Shown here: one piece after another, positions 48,277-60,620 of the stretch
Layout: every line of letters starts with the position of its first letter
Numbering within the stretch: the first letter of the stretch is position 1
NCBI RefSeq assembly: GCF_006345805.1
Contig: NW_021833438.1
Coordinates: 10,688-74,687 of the forward strand
Source of the DNA: Octopus sinensis
Lineage: Eukaryota
Direction: 5' to 3'
DNA length: 64,000 bases
Made by a program: the position numbers and the translations under genes
The notes under the pieces: model-generated
What the model was told of the DNA's origin: nothing
The model's input: only the letters and a program-made list of their open reading frames with translations
Databases searched by the model: none

Positions 48277-48361
48277 TCAGTTCGAGCAGAGACAGCAGCG
48301 AGACAAGACGTGTTTAATTCGTGAGAGTGACCGCTGATTCTGCCGAGGTCAACAGGTGAGG
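48277..48361 (+). promoter_or_regulatory. Candidate Inr+DPE core promoter with a 77-nt non-coding first exon and splice donor
   Basis: TCAGTT at 48277 (A+1 = 48279); G at +24; AGACGTG starting at +28 (48306); donor CAG/GTGAG at 48355/48356; no ATG in the exon. Confidence 0.45.
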
Positions 48362-48429
48362 CCTTTTGTATTTCTTTCTCCCCTTTGCTTCTATTTCTGT
48401 TGTCCTTTTCCTCCATCACACTACAATAT

Positions 48430-48622
48430 ACACAGACATACACACATGTACATATACGTATGGTGGGCATCTCTCAGTTTTCTTCTACCAAATCCACTTA
48501 CAAGGCTTTGGTTGGCTGTAGGCTATAGTAGGAGACACTTGCCCAAGGTGCTACGCAGTGGGACTGAACCCGGAACCATGTGGCTGGGAAGCAAACTTCT
48601 TACCACACAACCACGCCTGCTC
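48430..48622 (-). mobile_element. SINE family A, 5' half
   Basis: Head on the minus strand. Confidence 0.75.
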
Positions 48623-48734
48623 CTATATCAATACAAACATTTCTCTAACCTTAATCCAGCAAGAACATGACATGTCATTACTCACGTCGCCAGTGCATCT
48701 GGGCACTGTCATTGAGGTGCATGCAGTGCATACT

Positions 48735-48758
48735 TATATATATATATGTACATATGTC

Positions 48759-48796
<38 letters not shown>

Positions 48797-49092
48797 CATA
48801 TACATATATATACACATATATATATACACATACATATACATACATATATATATGTATGTATATATATATATAGCTATATATAGATATATATATACATACA
48901 CACACATATATGTGTGTATATATATATATATATATAATATATATATATATATACATATATAACATATATATGTACATATACATATATAAAAATGTATATA
49001 TATACATCTATATATACATATATAAAAATGTATGTATATTTATATGTATATGCACATATATATAGATAGATATGGATATACATATATATTTA

Positions 49093-49148
<56 letters not shown>

Positions 49149-49250
49149 CATGTATATATATATTCATACACACATGTATATTTATATGTTTGTATATATT
49201 TATATACATGTATATATATACATGTGTATATGTATGTATATAGATATATA
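48735..49250. repeat. (TA)n/(TACA)n microsatellite mosaic
   Basis: Seen directly. Confidence 0.95.
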
Positions 49251-49254
49251 TAGA

Positions 49255-49430
49255 TATGTGTCTGTCTTTGTATCCCCAGCATCACTTGACAACCGGCGTT
49301 GCTGCGTTTACGTCAGCCATGTTGCAGAACACACCGATAGAATAAGTACTAGGCTTACAAAGAATAAATCCTGAGATCGATTTCTTCACATAAAAGCTGT
49401 ACTCCAGCATGGCCACAGTCAAATGACCAA
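49255..49430 (+). mobile_element. SINE family A, 3' part
   Basis: CATCACTTGACAACCGG through CTCCAGCATGGCCACAGTCAAATGAC. Confidence 0.7.
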
Positions 49431-49498
49431 AACTAATAAAACAAAAAAAAAATCTATGCCATTTTAACCGCGAGCAATGCCGGGTATCTCTGCTAGTG

Positions 49499-49535
<37 letters not shown>

Positions 49536-49979
49536 AGAGAGATTGGGAGAGGAGGGAGAGGGTGAGAGAGATACAGACAGAGACGGGTTCGAGAGGAAGA
49601 GAGAGAGAAAGAATGATTGAAAGAAATAGAGAGAGAGAGGAGAAAGAGAAAGTGAGAGAGATAGGGAGAGAGAAAGACAAAGTGGGAGAGAAGTATAGAG
49701 TTGTAAGAAAAGAAAAAAAATAAATGCAGTGGGGGAAAACGAAAGATTTAAATGAAAAAAAAGGACAAAGTTTATGAACGAACTTTTCGCGCGAAAGAGA
49801 TGAGATTCAGGGAGGAAAAAAACCCAGCCATATATTACCTGGTAATAAACTCAAATTCGATTTAGACAGGAAATAATCCAAGATTTTCATAACTCAAAGG
49901 ATCACCGTTAAAACATTTGCCTGTTACTATATATATCTTCCAAGTAATTTTGATATGAGAACTATATATATATAATATA

Positions 49980-50014
<35 letters not shown>

Positions 50015-50133
50015 ATATATATACAGAGAGAGAGAGAGATGTAGATAAAAGTATATATACATATGCACATGTGAGTGTGTGTGTTCGTGTGTGTGTGTTT
50101 GTATATCTATCTATCTGTCTGTCTGTCTGTCTT

Positions 50134-50191
<58 letters not shown>

Positions 50192-50242
50192 AATCTATAT
50201 ATATATATGTATATTTCTCTCCTTGTTTTTTTATCTGTGTAT

Positions 50243-50278
50243 CTTTCTGTCAAAGAGCATAGGCTCGAAACGTAAAAG
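50243..50278 (+). ncRNA. Hammerhead-like motif, A6U family, within repeat 50210-50370
   Basis: CTTT CTGTCAA A GAGC ATAG GCTC GAAAC GTA AAAG. Confidence 0.5.
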
Positions 50279-50589
50279 ACTTTTTCTATTCCTGAGCGCT
50301 GTACTAATACATCTGTTTGGTTGTACACCACCTGCCTTCGTCTTCTGTTTATTTTCGTAAACTTTCCCTTTATATATATATATATATACATATATAGCAG
50401 TGTACGTACACTTTGGTTTCTTATATGTAAGTATATATTTATCTAAATCTTGTATGACTATTCTTTCTTTCTATCAGTCCTTTCATGCTTATTCGCTCAT
50501 TCGTGTAGAAGAAACAGCTGTAAGCTACCTAACACTTGTTCCCCTCTCATGCTTTTAGTGTCATATGTGCTTGTGTATATATGTATGCA

Positions 50590-50700
50590 TATCATTGTTC
50601 AATTTATTTCAAGATTTCTTGCCAATGGAGTAAGAGCCAGTCTCTAACCTAGATCTAAGGCTCCTTCACTGGAATTTCAACATCAACAACAGGGTGTTTT
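50590..50700 (-). mobile_element. 3' UTR remnant of the (TACA)n-associated R4-like LINE
   Basis: Matches 51015-51125. Confidence 0.65.
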
Positions 50701-50704
50701 TGTT

Positions 50705-50993
50705 TGTATCCGAGCGTGGCCGTCTGCCAGCCTTGTCTGGCACCTGTGTCGGTGGCACATAAAAACACCATCTGAGCGTGGCCGTCTGTCAGCCTCGTCT
50801 GGCACCCGTGTCTGTGGCACATAAAATCACCCACTACACTCTCGGAGTGGTTGGCGTTAGGAAGGGCATCCAGCTGTAGAAACACTGCCAGATCTGACTG
50901 GCCTGGTGCAGCCTTCGAGCTTGCCAGACCCCAGTTGAACTGTCCAACCCATGCTAGCATGGAAAGCGGATGTTAAACGATGATGATGATGAT
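50705..50993 (+). mobile_element. SINE-like family C
   Basis: Internal units, conserved body, (GAT)n tail. Confidence 0.85.
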
Positions 50994-51014
50994 GTATGTA
51001 TGTATGTATGTATG

Positions 51015-52469
51015 TCATTATTCAGTTTATTTCAGGATTTATTGCCAAAAGAGAAAGAACCAGTTTCTAACTTAGGTCCAAGGCTCCTTCACTGGAATTT
51101 CAACATCAACAATAGGGTATTTTTGTTTGTATGTATGTATGCATGTATGTATGTATGTATGTATGTATGTATGTATGTATGTATGTATGTATGTATGCAT
51201 GTATGTATGTATATGTGCAGTTTTATGTATGTAATCTCATGCATATACTTGCATATCTAGACATGCTCATATATTTTTAAACGTTAAACTTCTGGAAAGT
51301 TTTGCAGATTTTTACACTTCCAGTGATTGATTGGATCTGTAGTCTTCGAATTAGGTTTCTTCTTTCTGGTTTTGAGAAGCCGAATTTCTCAAAATTGGCA
51401 TTTAGGCAGTGTGTTACATATCCCAGGGCCCCAATAATTACAGGTATAAATCTGAACTTGTAATCTGGATAGAGTAACTGCACATTTACTCAATAGTTCA
51501 GCATAGATGTTCTCTTTTTCACTGATCTTTGGCTTTATGTTAACATCCAATGGACAGCTATTCACCACAACTGTACACAATTTCTCTTCTCTATCCCAAA
51601 TCATTATATTAGGTCTGTTGTGCTTACATTTTACTGAGGTCTTCACTGGGACATTCCACCAGTACTCCTTTTTTATTACGTATGGCTATGGCTTCTACCA
51701 TACAGAGAGTTTTTATTTCTTTGTCCTCGGGACTATCCTTCCGATGGATTTCACTACAGTGTGTTAGCAACAACATCATTTCTCATCGGTAGATAATAAC
51801 CGTGCTGACATTTTTGAACAACTGCTTATGCTGTGCGGGATATCTTCGATGTTAACTCCACAAAGTCTGCATCGGTCGTCACATTTTACTGCTTTTCCTG
51901 CATCTCTATCCCTTTTGTACATCAAGTATTTGGTTGATATTTCCTTTTCCTGGATTGCAAACGCATACCCTTGAAAATGGGAGGTGGTAATTCGGTTATT
52001 GGTCCGTGATAAACTACTCTGATGATCAATGTTACTATCATCTCGGAGCTTTCTACTAACATATCCCTGCATAGCCTTCTGCTCATATAGGCTCATTCTT
52101 TCATCTGATGATACGTTGCAGTACAGTCGTGCAACTTCTTTGAGCATGTATTTTAGGTTATCAGACAAGGAATGTTACTCAAGTAGCTGCCTTCCAGGTC
52201 TTATGATGCTATCAGCTTCATGTATGCAAACTTGGTCAAGGGATGCACTTCGACACTTGGTGATTAAAAGATGTTGCCAAAGGGATATAATACGACATTC
52301 AAAGGCATTTTGGATCGATGTTAAGCCTCTGCCTCCTTGTTTTCGTTGTAGGTAGAGGCAGTCTACGTCACTGTTTATGTGGAAATTGTATGCTTGCTAG
52401 TATTTTTCGGGTTTTCACATCATTGGTTTGGATCTCATCAAGCGTTCAATCAAGCAGCCCAAATATTGG
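51015..52469 (-). mobile_element. 5'-truncated R4-clade (RLE) LINE flanked by (TACA)n
   Basis: DVDCLYLQRKQGGRGL; zinc knuckle CRLC..E..H..S.C; HNRP-N-I endonuclease region; PVIIGALG; frameshifted; (TATG)n on both flanks. Confidence 0.9.
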
Positions 52470-52559
52470 TATATATATGTATGTATGTATGTAGGCTTGC
52501 TTCCCAATAACATGGTTCCGGGTGTGTGTGTATATATAATATATATATATATATATAGA

Positions 52560-53240
52560 TGAAAGTTAGAGGTTGTGAATCCAACCAACTAAGGGATAAT
52601 ATCTATCCAATATACTGCTGGTAGAATACCCAATTATTAATACACAAGTGTTTTTTATTGCATTGCAATTACACTAATGAATGTAATAAATAGGTGAAGG
52701 TAAAGAGATATTTTACCATTAATTTATATAGCAAATAAAAAAAATGGAGCGGATCAATAGGTGGTTCATCAACTTTTAGACATTATATTATGTCAATTTA
52801 TTTATATATTTATTAAAATGACAATTACAACAATATACATACATGTATAACATTATGCTTTACATATATAATATAAAGATACCAGTAATTATTAAAATAT
52901 ATAACATACAGGAATATAAATTGGGAAAATATCTTACAGCTGTTTCAGCCAAGAGGCAAAAATACCTCATTTTACCTTTATTCCTCCAGTACTGAAGTAA
53001 TATGTAGATGAAATTGAGGTACTTGGGTGTTTCTCTAGGCTTCATCATTCCTATATGTTAAATTTTAATAATTACTGGTATCTTTATTTATTAATATATT
53101 TTATATGTAAAGCATAATATGTGATACATGTATGTATATTATTGTAATTATCAGTTTAGTAAATAAATAAATAAGTTGACATAATATAATGTCTAAAAGT
53201 TGATGAACCACCTATTGATCCCCTCCATTTTCTTATTGCT
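52560..53240. mobile_element. PLE-type fold-back element carrying the extended hammerhead
   Basis: Arms 52740-52915 and 53050-53240 are inverted; the centre matches 63785-63908. Confidence 0.8.
52931..53051 (-). ncRNA. Extended-stem-II hammerhead with its 5' end cut at an inversion junction
   Basis: Reverse complement: ATGATGA AGCCTAGAG..CTCTTGGCT GAAAC AGCT GTA AGAT. Confidence 0.55.
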
Positions 53241-53241
53241 C

Positions 53242-53290
<49 letters not shown>

Positions 53291-53860
53291 TATATATACA
53301 CATGAGCAAAATGCTCCCCCATCCAATGGATGGTGCTGAGTTGTCAAACATTTAAACCAAATTTTCTCAAAGCAACTTGTCCGACCGTCCCATGGGCCTC
53401 TCCTTTGAGAAACACTGATTTAACCTAAATTTGAGACACCAGCAAAAGAAGAAATAAGGATAGACATTTTTTCAATTCCAAAGAAAAACGATTTTATTCA
53501 CAGAAATATACAATGGAAGAGTTTCATAAACTACAAAATATGAATACCCACACTACCACACTTGAAATGTACCTTTTATAAATCTTCATCTTGATTTGAA
53601 TGTATGTTGAAGGTATGTAGAATGGTCAAACTTATTTCTGCAAATGTGCTAAGCTCTGATGCTGATCATAGTTTAATCAATAAGCTTAGGAACGGATCAG
53701 CAGGGCCTCATTTAAGTGGCCCTTCAGAAATTTAACCTCCTTCCGATGCTCCCATGGTATAAAATTCATTGCCATTGCTTCTATTTAGTCAATGCTATGT
53801 ATTTAGTTTAAAATGCATAAAAATAGGGAAGCAGTGGGACTCCAATTAGGTGGCCCTTAA

Positions 53861-54080
53861 CCCTTTAGTGTTCAGATTATTCTGTCAAATGTGATGTTTG
53901 TTTATTTAAAATGGTTTGAATTAATCCTGCATTATCTTGTAATTTAGAGATTTCAGTGATGTGATTTTTTAGTTTTAGAATGACATGGTAGGGCTGAGGC
54001 AAGAGGTGAGATCTGGTCAGTTTCAATATAAAACAGGTTAAATATTTTGGCCGGATACGGCCGGTTTGAATGCTAAAGGG
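53861..54080. mobile_element. piggyBac-type MITE
   Basis: TTAA-CCCTTTAG..CTAAAGGG-TTAA. Confidence 0.85.
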
Positions 54081-54704
54081 TTAAAAAAAAATAGACACCC
54101 TTAGAATGTTCCCTGGGATTTGGGGAGTTGCTGGTTTGAGTTTTGTTGTCCTTGCACCAACGGTCTAGGAAGAGTTAATGACCATAAAAACATAACAGAC
54201 AGAGGAACAGCACTCAAATTGATAAAAGGACAAGCAAAAGGCTCCCCCACCGTCCAATGGACGGTGCTGAGTTGTCAAATATTTAAACCAAATTTTCTCA
54301 AAACTTTTCATTAAAATATAGTTAAGCATGCCTTTTTTTCAATAAAATTTTTGGTTTTGTTAAACGAAGTTAAGGCAAAAAAAAAAAACTTCTTGAGAAA
54401 CCAAATAGTCTTTCCTTCCTTCATGCCAAGTTTGAAGAAAATATCTCTTTTGCATCTTACCTTTTTGGTCTCTTAAATATATTGCATTTTGTGGCATTAT
54501 TTCAAGCTAGCCAGCTGTTTTTGCACAAACTGCATGTGCATTTTTCTCGTGTACGCGTAGTATCGATCGCAACAGCTGATGTACTTGCACATACAAATGC
54601 ATGTTCCCACGGCTTTATCAATCACATTCTCACCTGGAATTGATTTTTGTAATTTTTTCAAGACTTATACACACTCTGATACCGTTGGTATCTACATATT
54701 AAGT

Positions 54705-54922
54705 AAGGCGGCGAGTTGGCAGAACCGTTAGCACGCCGGGCGTAATGCGTAGCCGCATTTCGTCTGCCGTTACGTTGTGAGTTCACATTCCGCCGAGGTC
54801 GACTTTGCCTTTCATCTTTTCGGGGTCGATAAATTAAGTACCAGTTACGCACTGGGGTCTATGTAATTGACTTAATCCCTTTGTCTGTCCCCTCTATGTT
54901 TAGCCCCTTGTGGGCAATAAAG
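54705..54922 (+). mobile_element. SINE family B
   Basis: Full head and central domain. Confidence 0.9.
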
Positions 54923-55389
54923 AAATATATCTACATATCAAATTTGAGTGCAATCGGATGGAGGATGCCCGAGATCCTAGAACACACACACACAGACAGA
55001 CAGAATGGATTTTATACAATAGACAAGAGTGTGCAGAAAAATTCCTGTCTTTAAGGGTATCGGGAAAGACCTGGCTGGAAGCCCAACCATCCGAGTCTTC
55101 TAAGAACACAGTACTACAACTGCTTCAGTTTCAATGGGCCATAACTTTTCAACCCTCTACCAAACAACTGCAGAGATCTGGGGGGGGGGTGTAGATGTCG
55201 AGGTTTTCACAGAATGTTTGGACAAATTTTAGTCTGAGAAACCATATGAATGGCAGGAAGCACAAAGAAGAACAGTACTGTCCGACTGGCTACTTCCTCA
55301 GAAACAATTCCGGAAAGAAAACCAATTACACTAAAAGCAGTGCCCCAGCATGACCAGTAAAAGGTAAAAAAAAAAAATCTAAAGGAGAT

Positions 55390-55453
55390 ATCTATCTATC
55401 TATCTATCCACCTATCCATCTATCTCTCTATCCACCTATCCATCCATCCATCC

Positions 55454-55492
<39 letters not shown>

Positions 55493-55507
55493 CATCTACC
55501 TGTCTGT

Positions 55508-55543
<36 letters not shown>

Positions 55544-55545
55544 AA

Positions 55546-55598
<53 letters not shown>

Positions 55599-55600
55599 AA

Positions 55601-55649
<49 letters not shown>

Positions 55650-55651
55650 AA

Positions 55652-55687
<36 letters not shown>

Positions 55688-55698
55688 TCTATCTATAT
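55390..55698. repeat. (ATCT)n/(GTCT)n array
   Basis: Seen directly. Confidence 0.95.
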
Positions 55699-55993
55699 AC
55701 AGACATGCATAAATGTATGTATGCACACACACACACACACGCACACGCACGCACACACATACAGACATGTATGCATATCTATGTGATTTTCTGTCGGTGT
55801 TTGTCCCACCACCACCATCACTATATATGTGTGTGTGTGTGTGTGTGTGTAATTATAATAAGAGCAACTACATGGTAGATCCACATGCTAGAAGAAGATG
55901 TCAAATGACTCTAAAACTACTTTATTTATCACACAGACACGGCTTGAAAGCAAGGGAAATGAATAAAAAATATTTTTTTTAAAGTTTAGCCAT

Positions 55994-56620
55994 AGGCGTA
56001 GGAGTGGCTGTGTGGTAAGTAGTTTGCTTACCAACCACATGGTTCCGGGTTCAGTCCCACTGCGTGGCACCTTGGGCAAATGTCTTCTACTATAGCCTCG
56101 GGCCAACCAAAGAAGCCCGTTGTATATAAGTATATACATATACATGTATGTGTGTGTATATGTTTGTGTATCTGTGTTTGTTCCCCCAACATCGCTTGAC
56201 AAACGATGCTGGTGTGTTTACGTACCCGTAACTTAGCGGTTCGGCAAAAAGAGACCGATAGAATAAGTACTGGGCTTACAAAGAATAAGTCCCGGGGTCG
56301 ATTTGCTCGACCCAAAGCCTTGTGAGTGGATTTGGTAGACGGAAACTGAAAGAAGCCCGTTGTATATAAGTATATACATATACATGTATGTGTGTGTGTA
56401 TATGTTTGTGTACCTGTGTTTGTCCCCCCAACATCGCTTGACAAACGATGCTGGTGTGTTTACGTTCCCGTAACTTAGCGGTTCGGCAAAAAGAGACCGA
56501 TAGAATAAGTACTGGGCTTACAAAAGAATAAGTCCCGGGGGTCGATATTTGCTCGACTAAAAGCGGTGCTCCAGCATGGCCACAGTCAAAATGACTGATA
56601 CAAGTAAAAGAGAGTAAAGA
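55994..56620 (+). mobile_element. SINE family A with a tandem internal duplication
   Basis: Segment AAGAAGCCCGTTG..GTCGATTTGCTCGAC occurs twice. Confidence 0.9.
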
Positions 56621-56773
56621 GTATATATAGATCAATTGGTTTCTAGTTCAGGGATATAATTTCCTTTACCGTCAACAGTATCACATAATTGAATGTACAT
56701 AATTATAAACATCCATACATACCACACGAACACAAACGTATCTACAAATGTTCACACTTATACACAGTTGACC

Positions 56774-57154
56774 TTATTACCTCCGCCTTATACCTCCGCC
56801 TTAGCGAAGGCGGAGGTAAGGCGAAGGTATTGTTTTTAATCGTGTTTGTTTATTTGTCCGTGGACAAGATATCTCAAGAACCGTTCGCAGGATTCGGATG
56901 AAACTTTCAGGGATGTTTGGCCTCGTGACTAACACGAACTGATTAGATTTTGGGACCGATCCGGTACCGGACAAGGATTCTGGATTATTTTTCCTTTTTT
57001 TTTTTTTTTTTTTTTAGCTTAATTTTCTGAATATTTCCGTTTGTGAGAGCAGTCGAGTTTATTTCAGATATTCTCATTTTAAAAATCATCTCTGGCTAAT
57101 CATTGAGAGGACGTTGGTGTTGCCTTGGCGGAGGTTTGCGCTCTCTGGGTGCTT
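56774..57154 (+). mobile_element. Helentron-associated non-autonomous element (HINE/DINE-1-like)
   Basis: 5' TTATTACCTCCGCC, 3' GGCGGAGGT subterminal inverted repeat, short terminal hairpin, T-rich ends. Confidence 0.75.
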
Positions 57155-57258
57155 TTGTTACAATTATTATAAAAAAATTATATACTCTGCATTAATTTGT
57201 ACCTAAAAGGTTTTACATGCTAGCTACTTGATAAAATCCCATTTAGATTTCATCCTTG

Positions 57259-57302
<44 letters not shown>

Positions 57303-57310
57303 ATATTATA

Positions 57311-58596
57311 TCAGGTCATCCCGTTCTGTTCGAATTTTGAATAAGGAAAACAAGTGATCAAATGTTATATTTAATTGAAATTTAATCATCAATGTACTTT
57401 CCCTGATTATCTATGATTTATTTCCATCTATTTACATGCTTTTTAATCCCATCAATGTAAAACTTTTTGGGTTTCAAAGCGAAGAACTCTGAAATGTCAG
57501 TTTCGACCTCCACCTGGCTTGCAAAAGTTGTGTTCCCCAAATGATTCTGTAAACTACGAAACAAATGGTAGTCTGAAGGAGCAAGGTGGGGAGTATAAGG
57601 TGGATGAGGAATATTTTCCCAACCAAGCTCTTCGATCTTCTGTGATGCGATCTTTGCAGGGTGGGGTTACGCATTGTCCTGGTGAAACATCACTCCTTTT
57701 CGATTCACTAAAGCGGGTCGTTTTTTCTTCAAAGCTTGGATCAAACGCTCTAATTGCTGACAGTTGACTTGAGCATTGATTGTTGCATTAGGTGGTAACA
57801 ATTCAAAGTGAATTACTCCTTTGCAATCCCACCAGATAGAGAGAAGGACCTTTTTTCCATGAAGTTCCCTTCTCGGTTGTGGTTGAGCTTTTTTCCTTTT
57901 ACCAAGCCACTGTTTACGACGTTTAACATTTCGATAGAAGATCCATTTATCGTCACCAGTCACAAGTCTATCCAAAAAGGGTGAAACGAGTTCACGAGAA
58001 TGGAGATAAGAGCAGGTGTCAACTCAGGATTTGCGGTTGCTTTCGGACAATTCATGAGGCACCAATTTTCCAAGTTTAGGAACCTTTCCAAGTTGTTGAA
58101 GATGACGATGAACAGTTGTATGGTTTGAAGTAAGCTTTATTGCCAATTCTTCAACTGATAATGCTGGGTTTTCTTCAAGTAATGCCTCAAAGAGCTTATC
58201 ATTAAACTCAAATGGATGTCCTGTTCTATCTTCATCTTCAAGGCTAAAATCTCCACTCCTGAATTTAGCAAACCATTTTGTGCGAGTTCTTTCATTCAAG
58301 CATTCTTTCCCATAAACTGAGTGTATGTTTCGAGTCGCTTCGATTGCAGAGAATTTTCCTTTTTGTACTCATAAAGCATTATGTGCCTCAAATGCTTTTT
58401 GGATACTTCTATGTTAGAAAGGGTTTTAATCAAAGAAATTTTAATTCTATTAACCTGTAAAATAATATTTAATTAGCTTAAATGTACACAAATGCATAAA
58501 AATAATTTTAAATTCCATTAGACATTCTAGAATACTATTAAATTTCATTCAATTTTAAATTAGGTAAAATCGAACAGAACTTATGGGATGACCTGA
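57311..58596 (-). mobile_element. Full-length (~1.29 kb) mariner element with an inactive transposase
   Basis: TA-TCAGGTCATCCC TIRs; fragments WFAKFRSGDFSLED, LVPHEL, VTGDDKW, FHQDNA. Confidence 0.95.
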
Positions 58597-58661
58597 TATA
58601 TATATAGGTGTATGAACAACAAGGAGGTGTATTAGTTTGACGCTCGGGAAAGTGAGGAAGT

Positions 58662-58697
58662 CTTTTACGCTTCGAGCATACGCTCTTCAACAGAAAG
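58662..58697 (-). ncRNA. Hammerhead-like motif, A6U family
   Basis: Reverse complement: CTTT CTGTTGA A GAGC GTAT GCTC GAAGC GTA AAAG. Confidence 0.5.
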
Positions 58698-58786
58698 GAA
58701 TAAGAGAAAATAAACAGAGAGAGATTGGAAAAAAACTTGTGGAATATTTGATAGGTAAGAAAGAGAGTCTTATAAGCTTTCATTGG

Positions 58787-58897
58787 CATGACAATCGTTT
58801 CGGCTTACATCTGCGCTGCTCCCTAGTGGTTGGCAACGATATAACGGAATCGAATGCAGGTTACGTAATACACTCATCATAAAACCTCATCAGGTTA
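58787..58897 (-). ncRNA. Hammerhead motif with a long stem II insert; stem I unpaired
   Basis: Reverse complement: CTGATGA GGTTT..AAGCC GAAAC GATT GTC. Confidence 0.4.
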
Positions 58898-58916
58898 CAT
58901 AATACGCTACAGTGTT

Positions 58917-59305
58917 ATCTTTATATATAAAAGTGAGGTTGTGTGCTGTCTGTCTCCTACGATTTAGATTCCTAACTACTCCCACATTTTGCGGTGCAGT
59001 TTAACCAAAACCGGGTATCTTATAGTCGTGATTCATATCGAGCCCTTCTGGGTATTAGCGCGCGTCTACGATGAGTCTACAATTCAAAAAAAAATTTACC
59101 ATCATTTTTTTTCCATTTTAATGCATTTTTTCGCTATTATATAAGGGAAGTAACTCTCTAAAAATGTCTACGATGAGTCAGCGATTAAAAAAAAAAATTA
59201 CCATAATTTGTTTTCCATTTTTAATGCATTTTTTTTGCTATTTTTTGGCTATAACTCTCTAAAAATGCTTATATAGTTATTTCCCTTACGGGCGATACTG
59301 TTAGT
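58917..59305 (+). mobile_element. Non-autonomous Helitron
   Basis: TCTTTATATATAAAAG 5' end; 3' hairpin partly deleted. Confidence 0.8.
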
Positions 59306-59426
59306 AATATATACATTTCGTTACTGCGTATGGCAAGATGGTGTTGGTATGATGCGTGCGTTTATAGTAGTTCAGAAATCCATTAAAGTCTCCTGTCTAA
59401 ACTTTTATTTTAACATAACCTATATA

Positions 59427-59460
<34 letters not shown>

Positions 59461-59469
59461 CTATATATA

Positions 59470-60127
59470 TAGGCTGCGTAAGGTATTTGAGGACATGCCT
59501 TTTTGGGGGGTCATTACTGCATTTTTTGCTAACTCTGTATAATCTTGGTTTCAGAAAATAATAATGGCATACCCTCAGCTTACTCAAGAAGTGAAGAGGC
59601 CTGCTGTTATTGTGGTTATAAAGGCTGAGCATAACGATTTTAAAATATCTCGATTTTTAAAATTTGCCAGATCTTTCGTCTACAAAGTTTGTAAGGTGTT
59701 AGAGACTGAAGATGGAAACGTATCATCAGTATCAAAGCTTAAAAAGCATTCTAAACGGTCTGGAATCGTCAGAACACCTGAATTTATCCACCAAGTTCAA
59801 CAGGCCATTGATTACAATCCCGGAAAGTCCATGAGGTCAATTGCAAAAGATCTCCATGTGCCAGAAGGAACAGTCAGAAATGTTGTCCAGGAAGACATAT
59901 ATAAATCTTATACGATGAGGAAAGGTCAATTTGTCAGAAAAAGCAAAAGAAAATCACTACATTAGATCTAAAAGGCTCTTAAACAAACTGAAAAATCCAG
60001 CAGAGCAAGTTTGATTTGGTTTTTCTCAAACGAGGAAAACTTCGACGAAGATCAAAAAGTTAACCGAAGAAATGACAGATGGTTATGTGCAGACCCTTCT
60101 GAAGTTCCAAGTGTTAGACATACAAAA
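59470..60127 (+). mobile_element. 5' part of a maT/DD37D-like Tc1-mariner element
   Basis: ORF 59564-59965 is HTH-like (NPGKSMRSIAKDLHV); after a frameshift, WFFSNEENF..DQKVNRRNDRWL. Confidence 0.75.
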
Positions 60128-60381
60128 TGATGAAGACTACGAAACGGACGTAATCCTAAGTATGACAAGTTGTTAAATATATATATCCACTACTCATACC
60201 TCCTGTAAACTCCTCGTGACATAATCTCATCAATCGGATCTCCAGGATTTCAGTTGCATTATGAATTTCCCAACTGTTTTACTATGTGGTCTGTTAGCTA
60301 GGTCCGTTAGAAGGGCTTTCTGTGATAGCCACAGAATTCTGTGAATCCATATATTACACTACAAATATATATATATCATAT

Positions 60382-60425
<44 letters not shown>

Positions 60426-60489
60426 CATAGGTCAGCACATAGGTGTAAAAATTAGTACTCGAATACCAAAGGTAGAGTAATATACTTTT

Positions 60490-60620
60490 TATTAAAGCTG
60501 CAAAATAACCACAGAGCTGTTACTCAGAGTTTCCCATTTCCGTGCGTTGGATAGTCCGACGAACGAAAACGTGAATCTCTGAGTAACAGTTCTGGGATAA
60601 TTTTGCAGCTTTAATAAAAA
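60490..60620. repeat. Fold-back with two decayed hammerheads (family of 63233-63441)
   Basis: Plus arm CCGACGA ACG AAAA CGT GAATC TCTGA GTA ACAG at 60556-60589, with an inverted partner at 60510-60550. Confidence 0.65.

Noticed and set aside
60126-60156. ATGATGA..GAAAC GGAC GTA hammerhead-like string
   Set aside because: C3 is missing, stem II has one base pair and stem I is unpaired
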